64,000 bases of DNA, taken from assembly GCA_951406725.2 (NCBI GenBank), contig OX597834.1:38564001-38628000 (forward strand), given 5' to 3'. Source of the DNA: Octopus vulgaris. Its lineage: Eukaryota. Shown piece after piece: positions 13,735-27,394 of the stretch (position 1 is its first letter; each line of letters opens with the position of its first letter). A program made the position numbers and the translations under genes. Under the pieces are notes generated by a model. That model ran no database searches. It saw nothing but the letters and a program-made list of their open reading frames with translations, and was not told where the DNA came from.

Positions 13735-14332
13735 GCATATGTATGTATATATACACACACACATATATATATACACACATATATATGTATATATATATGC
13801 ATATATATATATGTTTACGCGTATAAATATATATGAATGTATATATATACGCACACACACACGTATATATATACACACACACGTATATGTGTGTGTGTGT
13901 GTGTGTGTATAAATGGATATGTATTCAAGTATGTGTGTATATGTGTGCATGTGTATATATATATATACGTATGAGCGTGTATACATTTTTATATACACAT
14001 AGTACCTGTGCGTATAATTACTGAATGCTTTTTGCCTTGGCACAATACCAGATTATTTCCTCGGAAATCTGGTTACGTAGATTGAATCGTTTCATGTCTA
14101 TTACTTGGCCTTATTATATTTACCCTTTCTCACCTGAGAGCATTGAGGTTAAGTCCAGCTCCGAAGGGATTTGGGGACAGAATGGAGAGAGGGAGAGAGA
14201 GAGAGAGAGAGCGGGGGTGGGAGCGAGAGAGTGATGAGAGCGAAATGATCTAAAACATTTGATGTTCCAGAACATTCACCTACTTATCGATCTGATATGT
14301 ATGTATGTATGCATGTATTTATGTGTGTATAC

Positions 14333-14375
<43 letters not shown>

Positions 14376-14477
14376 CATACATACGCGTGTATATATATAT
14401 ATATATATATACATATGCGTATGTATAAGTATATATATGTGTGTGTACGTTCGATTAGATATGGATATGCACATCTA

Positions 14478-14520
<43 letters not shown>

Positions 14521-14621
14521 GTGTATATACATACACATAAAATAGATATATACATATATATATGTATATTATATACATATACGTATATATGTATCTATAG
14601 ATTATGTGTATGTGTGTATAA

Positions 14622-14662
<41 letters not shown>

Positions 14663-14747
14663 CACAAATATATATATATATATGTACTTTTATATGTATA
14701 TGTAAATATATATATGTTCATGTATATATATGTATATATATACACAC

Positions 14748-14805
<58 letters not shown>

Positions 14806-15576
14806 ATATACTATATTTATATCAGCCTATACGGTGCATAGTTTAAAAGAATACAATGTCTGTGTTGACTTTTCTTAGTACATACATATCGATGTTCGAA
14901 ATTATCTGAAACCGGTCGCAATCCCGGAGAACATTTTATGCGCTGACGCACATACACATCACTTTCTGCCGGTATTTTGGAATTTCAAACAACTTTAGAT
15001 GATCACATCATAGTTACTTTACCTTTGAATTTACAATATTTCCCACGCAGTTCATCTTGTCTTTGTACAACTTGTCTTCTCGTTTTTTTTTATTTTTATC
15101 TCATTGCATGATATCATTACCTATACGTTCTCATAAAATAGTTTTCAACTTCTATACCATTTCGTAATGGCTTTTAGTTATACATTTTTAAAGTCTGTCG
15201 TCATATTTCATTCTTGTTTGATGGGAGAGTGGAAAACAAAAAAAAAATCAGTTATTTAATGAAATATTTCTGTTCGTTCCATTTTGACAGAAAATTAAAG
15301 TTTCAAAAGAAAAATTATAAAGACCAGCTTTCTCATTAATCATTAAATCTTCCTGTTAACTATACAGCTGATATATTTAAGAAGACATTAGTCTGTAACT
15401 CCTTCATACGATGCTATTATTGTTTAGCTGATTTTTCTAACAGGTTCACGGATCATATAGACGCATATGCTTGCATGCATGTACGTATAAAAGGATCACT
15501 TGTAACAATCAAAAGGAATTGTTTAACGAGTGACCCATAAATAGTAGTAAAAAAACAATATGTATATATAGAAAAA

Positions 15577-15790
15577 AAGGTAGCAAGCTGGCAGAATCGT
15601 TCGCACGTCAGGCAAAGCGCTCAGCGGTATTTCGTCTGTCTTTACGTTCTAAGTTCAAATTCCACTTAGATCGACTTTACCTTTCATCCTTTCGCAGTCG
15701 ATAGAATAAGTAGTTGAACACTGGGGTCGATGTAATCGACTTATCCCCACCCTCTAAATTGCTGGCCTTGTGCTAAAATTTGAAAGCAAT
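15577..15790 (+). mobile_element. SINE family B
   Basis: AGCTGGCAGAATCGT...AGTTCAAATTCC...CCTTTCATCCTTTCGCAGTCGATA. Confidence 0.85.
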
Positions 15791-16549
15791 ATGTTCATAA
15801 AGAAAATGGTTGCAATAATTCTTCGTTATGGAAACGCACACACACAAAGAAAAAAAAACGTAGAAATTCATTTGACAAGGTATCCCCAAGGATACCTATA
15901 GATTCATGTTGAATTGGCCCCACTTGGAACCGTCCTGGTGTTTTTCTGAGGCGAGAAGTCTGGTCGGGCAAGAAAATTGTATTTTTGATACCTAAATGAA
16001 TTTGATTAAGAGGTTCATTGCCTCAAAGTGGTTTCGTATGTAATCAATGTAAGAGGTTTATTGCCTCCAAATGTTTTATAAAAGAACAATGTGCTCGGGT
16101 ATGCAGATATCGGCGGGTGTTGCTGTTGCCCTCATTTTTCACCATTTCATTTGTAATTCATATCTTTATGTGTGTGTGTCCAGCCCGCAGCTCCCTTTCT
16201 GTTGTAAGGCCCTTGTGGCCAATTAAATGAAATAAAGAAGCACGCGGCTAAAATATAATTCAAAGGATTCGGAAGGTCAGAAGAAACCAATACAGTTCAA
16301 AAATTCATACTCCATATAGGAAATGGGTGCGTAGTAGAAAAAAAGAAATCAAATAGTGAAATTATTAAGGCCCAAGGATGTAACATTGTTCGTGATTTCA
16401 ATGTCCTCATTTCCGCAGTTTTTAATAGAAATGTCATTGCAAAACCAGAAAAGTTCCAAAAATTGCTGTTTTAGTGCCAAAAAAATATTGATGTTGATCT
16501 CATTTCAAGGAGATGAAACGGTTCTGTTTAGACATGAACAATGTTCACT

Positions 16550-16988
16550 TCACGATGACCCTCCATAATTCACTATTGAGCTCTTAAATATATTGTTTCA
16601 GTTTTGCTATGATTATCCTCCTACGTACAATCAACCGAGCTAATGGCATGCGTAGTGGCACTCGTTTAGTTATTCAAGACATTCAAGCAAAAATAATTAA
16701 GGCAAAAATTATCATTACTGAAGTCCCACATCACAAAAATGCTGTGTTCATTGCAAGAGTCACTCTTTCTTCAGTCGGCGAAGAAGTTACCATTTACATT
16801 AATTAGACAACAATTTCCGATTAAATTAGCGATGGCAATCACGCATAATAAATCACAAAAGCAAACATTTGAAAAGATTTGTTTATATTTACCAAAACTA
16901 TTATTTCCACAGACAATTATATGTTACCTTATCCTGAGTATTCACAAGGCTTCGTGTGTTCAATATATATATATATATATATATATAA

Positions 16989-17057
<69 letters not shown>

Positions 17058-17160
17058 CACACATATGTATGTATGTATGTATGTATGTATGTTTGTATAT
17101 ATATATACGTACCAAACAATATACATGCCACAAACAATGTTATTTACAAGGAAGTCTCCA
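16550..17160 (+). pseudogene. Helitron PIF1-type helicase C-terminal fragment, frameshifted and interrupted by (AT)n
   Basis: IILLRTIN..NGMRSGTRLV.....KIIKAKI......AVFIARVTL / [35 protein letters not shown] / HRQLYVTLS, and after the microsatellite TNNVIYKEV. This follows the PIF1/Helitron motif series (NGTRL, RQFP..LAFA.TI.KSQGQT, SHGQLYVA.SR, N.VYKEV). Confidence 0.9.
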
Positions 17161-17640
17161 TTTAGAAAGAATTCTGATAGTGGTATGTGTATAACAGTGT
17201 ATAACTGTAACATACACGTGTGTGTATGATATGTACATACATATGTGTGTTTATATGTGTATGCATTCGCATACAGGTAATGAATAAATACCATTCACAG
17301 AGGTGTGGGAGCAATTTAAAAGAAAGAATTACTGATATGGACAGTTTTAAAAGCCAAAGGTTTAAGACATGACGGGAATGAATCCGGCGAGTGAATGATG
17401 CACTATCGGCATAAAAAAAAACGGGGGAAACGTATTAGGATCGAATATTTGCCATGAAATCGAACACAAAATGATGATGAAGATGATGACGATCATCATC
17501 AGTTGGGTTATAAAATAATTTACTCCGTCCCCTAAGCACATGGGTGATATGCCAAATTTATTCTACCAATAGTGCCGACACACCCTACACTTATAGAATC
17601 CTCTACCTAGACAAAAATGTATTAAAATTACTTTTGTACT

Positions 17641-17672
<32 letters not shown>

Positions 17673-18104
17673 TAGGGGCATGTGTTGTAATAGTGCGTCT
17701 TTGCATCTGCCATTTGTTGATGATCCCTACTCTTGGCTGGCGGAAGACGCCTTTGCACCACTCAAGCAACAACTCTCCAACTCATGGCTCTGTTTTGGGT
17801 TGTCGTTGCTGGCGAAGGTTTTACGAGGACGGAGGGCATATCCTACCTCAATCTCTTTTAGTCGCCTCTTTTTACGACCTGCAGACGGAAACTGAAAGAA
17901 GCCTGTCGTGTCCCCACACACTTGATGTAATACATTCTCATACCAAAGAGACATAATACGCAAAATTCGGAGGAAGAAACCAAACCAAGCCTTGCTTTTA
18001 ACAACTCCATTAATACGTTAATCACTCTGAACCGATAGTCAGTTATTTACAGCTAGTTACAACAAGGATGTCAAATAACAATTAACTTCTTAATATTCTT
18101 AATT

Positions 18105-18290
18105 TGTTTCGTCTGTCTTTATGTTCTGAGTTCAAATTCCGCCAAGGGTCGTCTTTGCTTTTCATCCTTTCGGGGTCGATAAATTAAGTACCAGTTACAC
18201 ACTGGAGTCGATGTAATCGACTTAATCCCTTTCTCTACTCTTGTTTGTCCCCTCTATGTTTAGCTCCTTGTGGGCAATAAAGAAATAGAT
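18105..18290 (+). mobile_element. SINE family B, 5'-truncated
   Basis: TTCGTCTGTCTTTATGTTCTGAGTTCAAATTCCGCC...CATCCTTTCGGGGTCGATAAATTAAGTACCAG. Confidence 0.85.
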
Positions 18291-18618
18291 ATTCTTAATT
18301 TGGGGGAGTCCGTTTCGTTCCGTTGTTCTATAAAAACAAAACCACGCTTCAGCTCATCCTTTTCTACCAACATTTGCTGTGGCCTCAACTACACTAACTA
18401 TCGGAAATGTGAATACTACTCCCCTTTTCCTCTGCACTGCCGAATCCTTGATTCCGGAAACAATAGTGAACATATGGAGCTAATTGAATTAGAAATATAT
18501 TTGAATATTTTCTATCTTAAATGGTCTTCTACCCCAGTCTATTTGAATGTGTAACTGCACTCGTAAGCACACACATTTGTACTTATATTGCACACTTATG
18601 CTCGCAGGCACACACACA

Positions 18619-18669
<51 letters not shown>

Positions 18670-18866
18670 ACACACACATGTTGATTGATTATTCTCAAAC
18701 AAGAAAATCAATGACATCGACTTCGAAGTTACGGTCAGTTAAGTTTAACTGATCGAGACTTAACTAGCCGAAGTTACGGTCAATAATGTAGGTAGAATTT
18801 ATTTTTACTATACCTCAACATAAAAACAAACATGAATATATATGTATATATATATATGTATATATG

Positions 18867-18937
<71 letters not shown>

Positions 18938-18963
18938 GTATATATACATACATATTTATGTAT

Positions 18964-19007
<44 letters not shown>

Positions 19008-19026
19008 GTATGTATATTTATATGTG

Positions 19027-19203
19027 TTTTACTCTTTTACTTGCTTCAGTCATTTTGACTGTGGCCGTTCTGGAGCACCGCAAATCGACCCCCAGGATTT
19101 ATTCTTTCTAAGCCTAGTACTTATTCTATCGGTCTCTTTTGCCGAACCGCTAAGTTACGGGGACGTAAACACATCAGCATCAGTTGTCAAGCGGTGTTGG
19201 TGA
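19027..19203 (-). mobile_element. 3' half of SINE family A
   Basis: CTCTTTTACTTGCTTCAGTCATT...GCCGAACCGCTAAGTTACGGGGACGTAAAC. Confidence 0.85.
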
Positions 19204-19295
19204 CACACACACACACATAAACACACAGACACACACCTACACACACACACATATATATATATGTATACATATATATGCGCACACAAATACATATG

Positions 19296-19327
<32 letters not shown>

Positions 19328-19802
19328 CACGCACACGCGCACACACACACACACTCACACTAACATACACACACATGTACACACACACACACACACACAC
19401 ACACATATTTGTGTAAATACGCAATACACACATTTGTATATTTATATATATATATATATATACACACATAAACATTTACATCTAGGTATCTATGTATTGA
19501 TTGGTTGAATTAGTCACAGTTTTCATTGTCTATTTTAAAATATCTGCCCGCAATACACTGCTGCAGAAATATTTAGTTCAGCAAGTACATAACAATAGCA
19601 CTCACAGACACACATATATACACTTACTACACAACAACAAACACAAGTACAATACAATAGCACAGTTAGACAGAAATATGATGTCTACAACCTTTAGTAT
19701 TATTTTCATCCCACAGTTCACTAATATGCATACATACTTACACACACACACACACCTGTATATATATGTATGTATATATATATACACACCTGTATATATA
19801 TG

Positions 19803-19915
<113 letters not shown>

Positions 19916-20084
19916 CTCTTATTCTTTTATGAATTTCAGCCCAAAGGCTGTGGCCATGCTGGGGCACCGTCGAACATATATGTGTGTGTGTATGTGTATG
20001 CATGTATGCATGTATGTATGTATGTATGTATGTATCTATGTATGTATGTATGTATGCATATATATATATATATATATATACTTT

Positions 20085-20135
<51 letters not shown>

Positions 20136-20547
20136 TTACACTCTGATTCGCTTCCTTCTGTCTGATTTTCTCTTCCCTTACTATCCTATATGTCTGTCAC
20201 ACATACACACACGCAAACACTCACACACAAAAACACACACACACACATACACACACACACATACACTCACACTCACACACACAACTGCCATCAATATATA
20301 TATATATATATGTCAAAGTGTTATGCCACTCAGTGCGAAAACAAGGAAATGCATTCATGATTACGCAGACACATAGCTGTGCACATAGCTGTGCACATAT
20401 GTATGCAGTCAAATAAACAAAATTAAACACACACACAACCACACGCGCACACAAACTCAAACACGCTCGCATACGTATAGATACATGCATACAAACATTA
20501 TATACATACATACATATCAATCTATTCATCCATCAATCAATTAATCA

Positions 20548-20586
<39 letters not shown>

Positions 20587-20630
20587 CATCTATCTAGCTC
20601 TCTTTATATATGTATATGTATGTATGTATG

Positions 20631-20688
<58 letters not shown>

Positions 20689-21029
20689 GTATATATGTAT
20701 ATATATATATTTATATATATATATATGCACATATATATGCTATAAATAAATATACATATACACACACATATACATACACACACATACACTCACACATATA
20801 CATATATATATATGCATATATATGTTTTCACACCTACATTCTATTTTCGAAAACAAAAAAAAAGTGCAGATTCAGGCACAGACATACACATCTGAATACT
20901 CACACATACAGACAACCATACGTGTACACACACAAATATACGTTCGATCACACACTCAAATCAATACAAATGATCAGCAACAAAGCCTTAGAGATTTCCA
21001 CCCGCCCTCACGCCTACATACACTTCCTT

Positions 21030-21083
<54 letters not shown>

Positions 21084-21169
21084 TCGCAATACGCGCCTGC
21101 GTTCAGATACATGGAGATACACACTCAAATAGCCATAACATGTTCGTAACTGGAGTGAAATGACTGAGA

Positions 21170-21357
21170 TATATACATACATGCATACATACATATATAC
21201 ATGCATACATACATATATACATGCATACATACATAAATACATACATACAAACATTCATGCATTCATACATAAATACATACATACATTCATACATACATAC
21301 ATACATACATACATACATGCATACATTCATGCATACATGCATGCATGCATGCATACA

Positions 21358-21391
<34 letters not shown>

Positions 21392-21769
21392 CATGCATAC
21401 ATACATAAATACATACATACAAACATTCATGCATTCATACATAAATACATACATGCATGCATTCATACATACATACATACATACATACATACATACATAC
21501 ATACATACATACATACATACATACATACATACATACATACATACATACATACATACATACATTCATACATACATACATACATACATATGTATAGATACCT
21601 ACATGCATACATACATGCATGCATTCATACATACATACATACATATGTATACATACATACATGCATACATACATACATACTTATATGCATGCATTCATAC
21701 ATACATACATACATACATACATACATACATACATACATACATACATACATGCATACATAGGTGCATACA

Positions 21770-21770
<1 letters not shown>
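21170..21770. repeat. (CATA)n degenerate microsatellite
   Basis: Direct reading. Confidence 0.95.
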
Positions 21771-21819
<49 letters not shown>

Positions 21820-21839
21820 CATGCATACATACCCATACG

Positions 21840-22160
21840 CGAGGGTGTACCCAAAAGAAACCGGAATTTTGCGGTATTATTTTATTCATTTATTTTTTAC
21901 ATGTTTACACCTTTTATCGCCTTCAAAGTATTCTCCATTTGAAGCGATGCGTACGAACCGAAGCCTTTTAACGCCTCCCTCGTATTTGTCTTCACCTCTT
22001 CCATATCAGCAAACCGTTTTCCTTTAAGGAGTTTTTTCATTCGGAGGAACAAAAAAAAAAGTCGCAGGGAGCAAGTTCGGGTGAATATGGAAGGTGAATA
22101 AACGGGGGGTCATGCCATCTTTGGTCAAAGACTGTCTCACACTCAAGGTGGTGTGCGAAA
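21840..22160 (-). mobile_element. Mariner transposon 3' remnant with one TIR
   Basis: Minus strand encodes HLPYSPELAPCDFF..RMKK (YSPDLAP motif) and IASNGEYFEGDK. The end CGAGGGTGTACCCAAAAGAAACCGGAA is mariner-TIR-like. Confidence 0.85.
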
Positions 22161-22322
22161 TGGTATTACGTCACGAGAGGGAGATATTTTTTTTCTATCG
22201 TTTACTTTCAGTCATTTGACTGCGGCCATGCTGGGGCACCGCCTTGATTTAAATTTATGATTGAGAAATATAATGTAGGTTAATATGCTACTACCCTTAC
22301 TGTTGCTGGAATTCTACAACTG

Positions 22323-22326
<4 letters not shown>

Positions 22327-22419
<93 letters not shown>

Positions 22420-22473
22420 TAATAATAATGATTATAATAATAATAATAATAGCAATAATAATGTTGATAATGA

Positions 22474-22513
<40 letters not shown>

Positions 22514-22597
22514 GGTGGTGGTGGTGGTGGTGGTAGTAGTAGAAGCATCAGCAGCAGAAGAAGAAGAAGCAGCAGTAGCAGTAATAGTAGTAGTAGT

Positions 22598-22657
<60 letters not shown>
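22327..22657. repeat. Compound (AAT)n/(GTA)n/(GGT)n microsatellite
   Basis: Direct reading. Confidence 0.95.
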
Positions 22658-22754
22658 AAATCTTGAAGTAGACCAAAAAGCAGCGGAAGAACTACATGGA
22701 TCTTGCATGAACGATACCAGCAAAGTCCCAGAAACACCTTCGCGACTTCTGCTG

Positions 22755-23158
22755 TCAGAAATAAGACTAACAACTGGAGGGCACAGAGGATGAAGAGAAC
22801 GGCCAATTTCAGGATCAAAACTCTACTCATCATCCACGAAGACCTCACTTGAGTCTACAGGTGTCATCAAAAAAATCTTGAGAAATACCCCCCGAGTGAT
22901 TCACATAGGGTGCTATTACATAGCTGTTCCCCAAACCAGAAGAGATGCAGAATCCGAAGAATTACAAAGTCATCATTTGTCTAATATGTCGATTGCCGAG
23001 AGAATCTTTAGCTCCTATGATTATAACAACGTGTTACAAGCAGAACCGAAGAGATGTATAAAAGAGCCAGCTACTCGTCAAATAGAGCCATATTAAAAAG
23101 GGCTTGTCAAAGGAAAGAATCCTGACAACGGTATGGATCGGCAACACGAAGGCATTTA
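22755..23158 (+). pseudogene. R4/Dong-like (RLE-clade) non-LTR retrotransposon RT fragment
   Basis: NNWRAQ....ANFRIKTL..IHEDL / PE*FT*G.IT*LFPK....QNPKNYKVIICL / IAERIF....NNVLQAEPKRC / WIGNTKAF. These match RT domains 0-3 (NW.APG.D.I.NFWIK, KNYRPI.CL, EQ.G, WIDY.KAFD). Confidence 0.8.
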
Positions 23159-23315
23159 TGTATGTATGTATAAATATAGGAACAAAAACTCAATAGAAGA
23201 CAATAAAATATTCGAACAGATAGAAGATACGAAGGCAGACAAGAAAAATAACAATTAGAAGGACAAGAAAAAAAAGACGAGTCATTTGTGGCTTTCTTTC
23301 TTCAGTCAAGTTGTA

Positions 23316-23354
<39 letters not shown>

Positions 23355-23384
23355 TTGATAGATAGATAGATATAGATATAGATA

Positions 23385-23452
<68 letters not shown>

Positions 23453-23471
23453 TTGATAGATAGATAGATAT

Positions 23472-23510
<39 letters not shown>

Positions 23511-23822
23511 CACACTCACACACATATATGCATACATACATGCATATATGTATCTGTATTATGGACGTATGTATGCACATTTCCACTCTGGCTACGCAAA
23601 CATGCCAACACATGCACACATACATGAACCTACATATATTTACACACACACACGCCACACACATGTGCACACATATACATGCATGCACATAGACACACAC
23701 TCATCCCACACGTACACACACACATATATTTAGAGAGAGACACACACACTCACCCATACACATGTGCACACACATATGCACATGTCTTAATTCTTCTCTT
23801 CGGACTGTCCGGTTTTTTCCTG

Positions 23823-23855
23823 TTTCCGAAGAAGAACCATGCTCGAAACGTAAAA
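23823..23855 (+). ncRNA. Degenerate minimal hammerhead motif in a Penelope-type tail
   Basis: TTT-CCGAAGA-A-GAAC-CAT-GCTC-GAAA-CG-TA-AAA, with a U4->C change and one stem II mismatch. Downstream sequence is homologous to the element at 54885-55040. Confidence 0.55.
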
Positions 23856-24022
23856 GAAGTACTCTTTTCCTTCTCCGAGCGTCATATTAATACATTGCTT
23901 GTACTCCGTCCACTTTTTTTTTCAATAGAATTCAAAAACATTATTCTTTCCGAGCGGTCCGGTATTGGTCGCCGACCTTACTTGCATCTATATATAACTC
24001 CGTATTTATCTATTTGTCTTTC

Positions 24023-24071
<49 letters not shown>

Positions 24072-24084
24072 AGACAAACAGACG

Positions 24085-24115
<31 letters not shown>

Positions 24116-24119
24116 GGAC

Positions 24120-24190
<71 letters not shown>

Positions 24191-24247
24191 CAGACTGACA
24201 GACAGACATACCAACAGACAGACAGATAGACAGATAGACAGACAGAC

Positions 24248-24322
<75 letters not shown>

Positions 24323-24865
24323 CAGAAAAATGCTGGTTGATAAACCGTACGTTTGTTAAATATATCAGATGAAATAACTTTAATCTAATATAAACGAGTG
24401 TTGAGATCTTGTATCTTGCTGGTGGGTTTTGTTGTTATAACGGACAATCAGAACCAAATATAAATGTCTACGTTTGTGTTTGTGTGCGTGCGTGTGCATG
24501 TTCATTGTGCATTCATGGCATCTGTGAGTGTGTCGTATGTATGTATGCATGTATGCGTATATAGATGTGTGTGTGTTTGTGTTCACCCCCCCCCCCGCCA
24601 CGCGCAGTGTACATAAACCTATCCTCCTTGAAACGTCAACTCCTCCTGCCCCCCCTTTCTCCCCTGTACGTAGGAACTGTTTTATTAAAGCTTCGAATAT
24701 TTTTCTTCAATTATTGCAGAACAGTAACAATTTTTTTGTTGTTGTTATTCCTCCTTAAGGGCACTTGATGCTCACAGCAACAACAACAACAACAACAGCA
24801 ACAACAACAACAGCAACAACAACAACAAAAAACAATAATAACAATAACAATTACTACAACAACTG

Positions 24866-24902
<37 letters not shown>

Positions 24903-25499
24903 ATCAAGTCCACATCAACTGAACCATACAGACATATTGACAATCTGTGATACCACTTGAGAATAATAAAATGCATCTATTTAGTATTTTAGTTTCTAAA
25001 TGTGAATTCCATCTGCTTTTTATTAGGTTTTTTTTTTCCATGTGAATGAATAAAATAAAAATAACTTCAAACAAACAAATTTACCCCCCCCCCCACCAAA
25101 AAAAAGAGGATAAATATATAATAAACTAAAAAAGAATAAATATACAGTAAACTAAATTGAAACGAATTGATATAAATAAATGTGTAAATGTGACACCCTG
25201 TGGACATGTTCCATTTCTGTTTATTTGGTTGTAAAAGTAGAATGTTTGTTAATATCCTATTTCTGCCCTCCTCCCTCCTAACATGATCTGTGTCGACTGC
25301 TGTTATTGTTGTTGTTGTTGTTGTTGTAATTGTTGTTGTTGTGACTGTTGTGTTTGTCGTTGTTGTTGTTGTTGCTGTTGTTTAGCAAAGGTTCACCGCA
25401 GATAGACATCACCAGGCAGACATATGTCGGACGCTGTTCCAGCTGTAGCTATTTTCTGCATTTTTTGGCGTGGCTCAGGTGAGAACCCGCATTGGAATA

Positions 25500-25668
25500 T
25501 TGGTTTCCAAAGTTTGGCACAAGGGCAGAAAGTTCGGAGGAAAGTGTAAATCGCTTACATCGACCCCAGTGCACGACTGGTACTTATTTTATCAGTTCCC
25601 CCCCAAAGGTTAAAAGGTAAAGTCGATTTTGGTGGAATTTGAAGTCAGAAGCTAAAGACGAACGAAGT
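25500..25668 (-). mobile_element. Diverged SINE family B
   Basis: ACATCGACCCCAGT...CTGGTACTTATTTTATC...AAAGTCGA...GGAATTTGAAGTCAGAA is the reverse complement of the family. Confidence 0.75.
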
Positions 25669-25823
25669 TGCATTGAAATATTGCTCTCACATCTGGAATA
25701 CACCTTTCTAGTGTACAGGGCACCCTTAACTCCGTCCAGAAAAATAAACCACCATCCGATTGATTGGCATGAAGTCTCTCATCAACGCACTCTGGGTGAC
25801 CTGTTACCCCCTCTCTCACTCAG

Positions 25824-25885
<62 letters not shown>

Positions 25886-26239
25886 CCTCTGCTACAGGTA
25901 CTGCAGTAACCTCTGCTCTTCAAAGCAGGTTCGACCCTCTTCCATTGCCGTTACGTGATTCACTTGTCTCTCCTCTTTTCACCACTCATATTGTATCTTC
26001 TCCAAATTGCCCTCATTAACCTTGTCAACCAGTATTTCTTTTCCAGAATATTACCCCACTTGAAATTTCCCTCCTAGCCCACGTTATTCCCGCAACCATC
26101 ATTTTACATTTGTCGAAAACATGTCACATCAACCTCACTAGCCTTAGAGGATCAATGGAGGCTATGAACACAACCTCTCCCTTTTAGACCTTCTCATCTA
26201 GAACTCCATTATCCAACATGTTCCTCCTGTTTTTCACGA

Positions 26240-26466
26240 TAAAGTGTAATTGGAGGGAACTTTAGCTTCCTTTTCCAGCAGGTTGAATAACTGCTCAGCG
26301 AGACGGCTTACTCGTAGATTAACGCACAAGTGGCTGAGAACCTCACAGACACGCTTATCTTTAACGTAGTTCCCAAGGAGATTCAGCGTGACACGGTTGG
26401 CCCTTTCAGGTACTACTCATTTTTGCCAGCTGAGTGGACTAGGGTATCTTGAAAAAATAAAGTGCC
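26240..26466 (-). mobile_element. SINE family C-related fragment
   Basis: AAGTGGCTGAGAACCTCACAGACACG..TTAACGTAGTTC..GATTCAGCGTGACAC is the reverse complement of the family C body. Confidence 0.7.
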
Positions 26467-26467
26467 G

Positions 26468-26549
26468 CACTGGGCATATGGCGTAGTGGTTAAGAGCGCG
26501 GGCAACTAACCCCAAGATTCCGAGTTCGATTCCAAGCAGTGACTTGATC

Positions 26550-26587
<38 letters not shown>

Positions 26588-26779
26588 CAACAACAACAAC
26601 AACATCGAATAAATACTTTAGGAATGAGAACCCAGGTTCGAAATTTCCTCAAGACACCAGATGAAGGCTGGAGGGTATATCAGCCAAAACGTTGTTTCAA
26701 CAATAATCAAGAGGAGGACAAATACCCGTCAAATGTCAATAATGTACACAAATCCTCATCTCTTAAATATAGAACTGTA
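26468..26779 (+). mobile_element. Composite element: tRNA-like Pol III head + (AAT/AAC)n + tail with degenerate hammerhead motif
   Basis: Head 26468-26541 has A-box TGGCGTAGTGG, B-box GAGTTCGATTCC and closing CACTG/CAGTG. Tail 26653-26698 reads GACAC-CAGATGA-A-GGCTG-N10-CAGCC-AAAA-CG-TT-GTTTC. Confidence 0.65.
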
Positions 26780-27394
26780 AGTATTTCATACGTGATCAAT
26801 TTAACAAAATGCTTCACTCTTTTTGAAGTAGCCAAATGACCAGAGACTATTAAACTAGCAGCTTAAAAATTTTCAGTTCAAATCTTTCTCTGCTAATATT
26901 TTTGGTCGTATTCTATAGACAAGATACCCAATACTCTGTGTGTCACCATAGTTCAACGACCTGTATGAAATATGTAGCAGATCTCTTGGTAAATCTTACC
27001 TATGCTAGACTTATGAGCTCCTGTTGGTGTACATTTGCGTAAACACGTAGCAGAACTGATATAAATTTAAATACTAAATTTGACAGCTTTCTCCTTTCTT
27101 GGACTCCTCCTACCTTCTCCTTTCCTACCTTCTTCCTGGAACTTTGCTATCTCTCCTGATTACTTCACCCATTGAGACTTTATACTTCTCGGATTCTACT
27201 ATCAAGGATTTTATTATATCCCGTTATCTATTGATTACACTGATGGAATGTGGACCCTGCTTAAAGGTTAATGTACGGGGCTAATGGGAGTTGAATTTTC
27301 TTCCACAAATAGGTGGTGGAGCAACGAGTGCTGAAGCAGGTACACAGGTAATTCAGTATTTGATCTCTGATGGGAAAAATTAAACTCTCCTTCA

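Noticed and set aside
26468-26541. tRNA gene
   Set aside because: The acceptor and T stems do not pair as a canonical cloverleaf and it is fused to a repeat tail, so it is treated as a SINE head.
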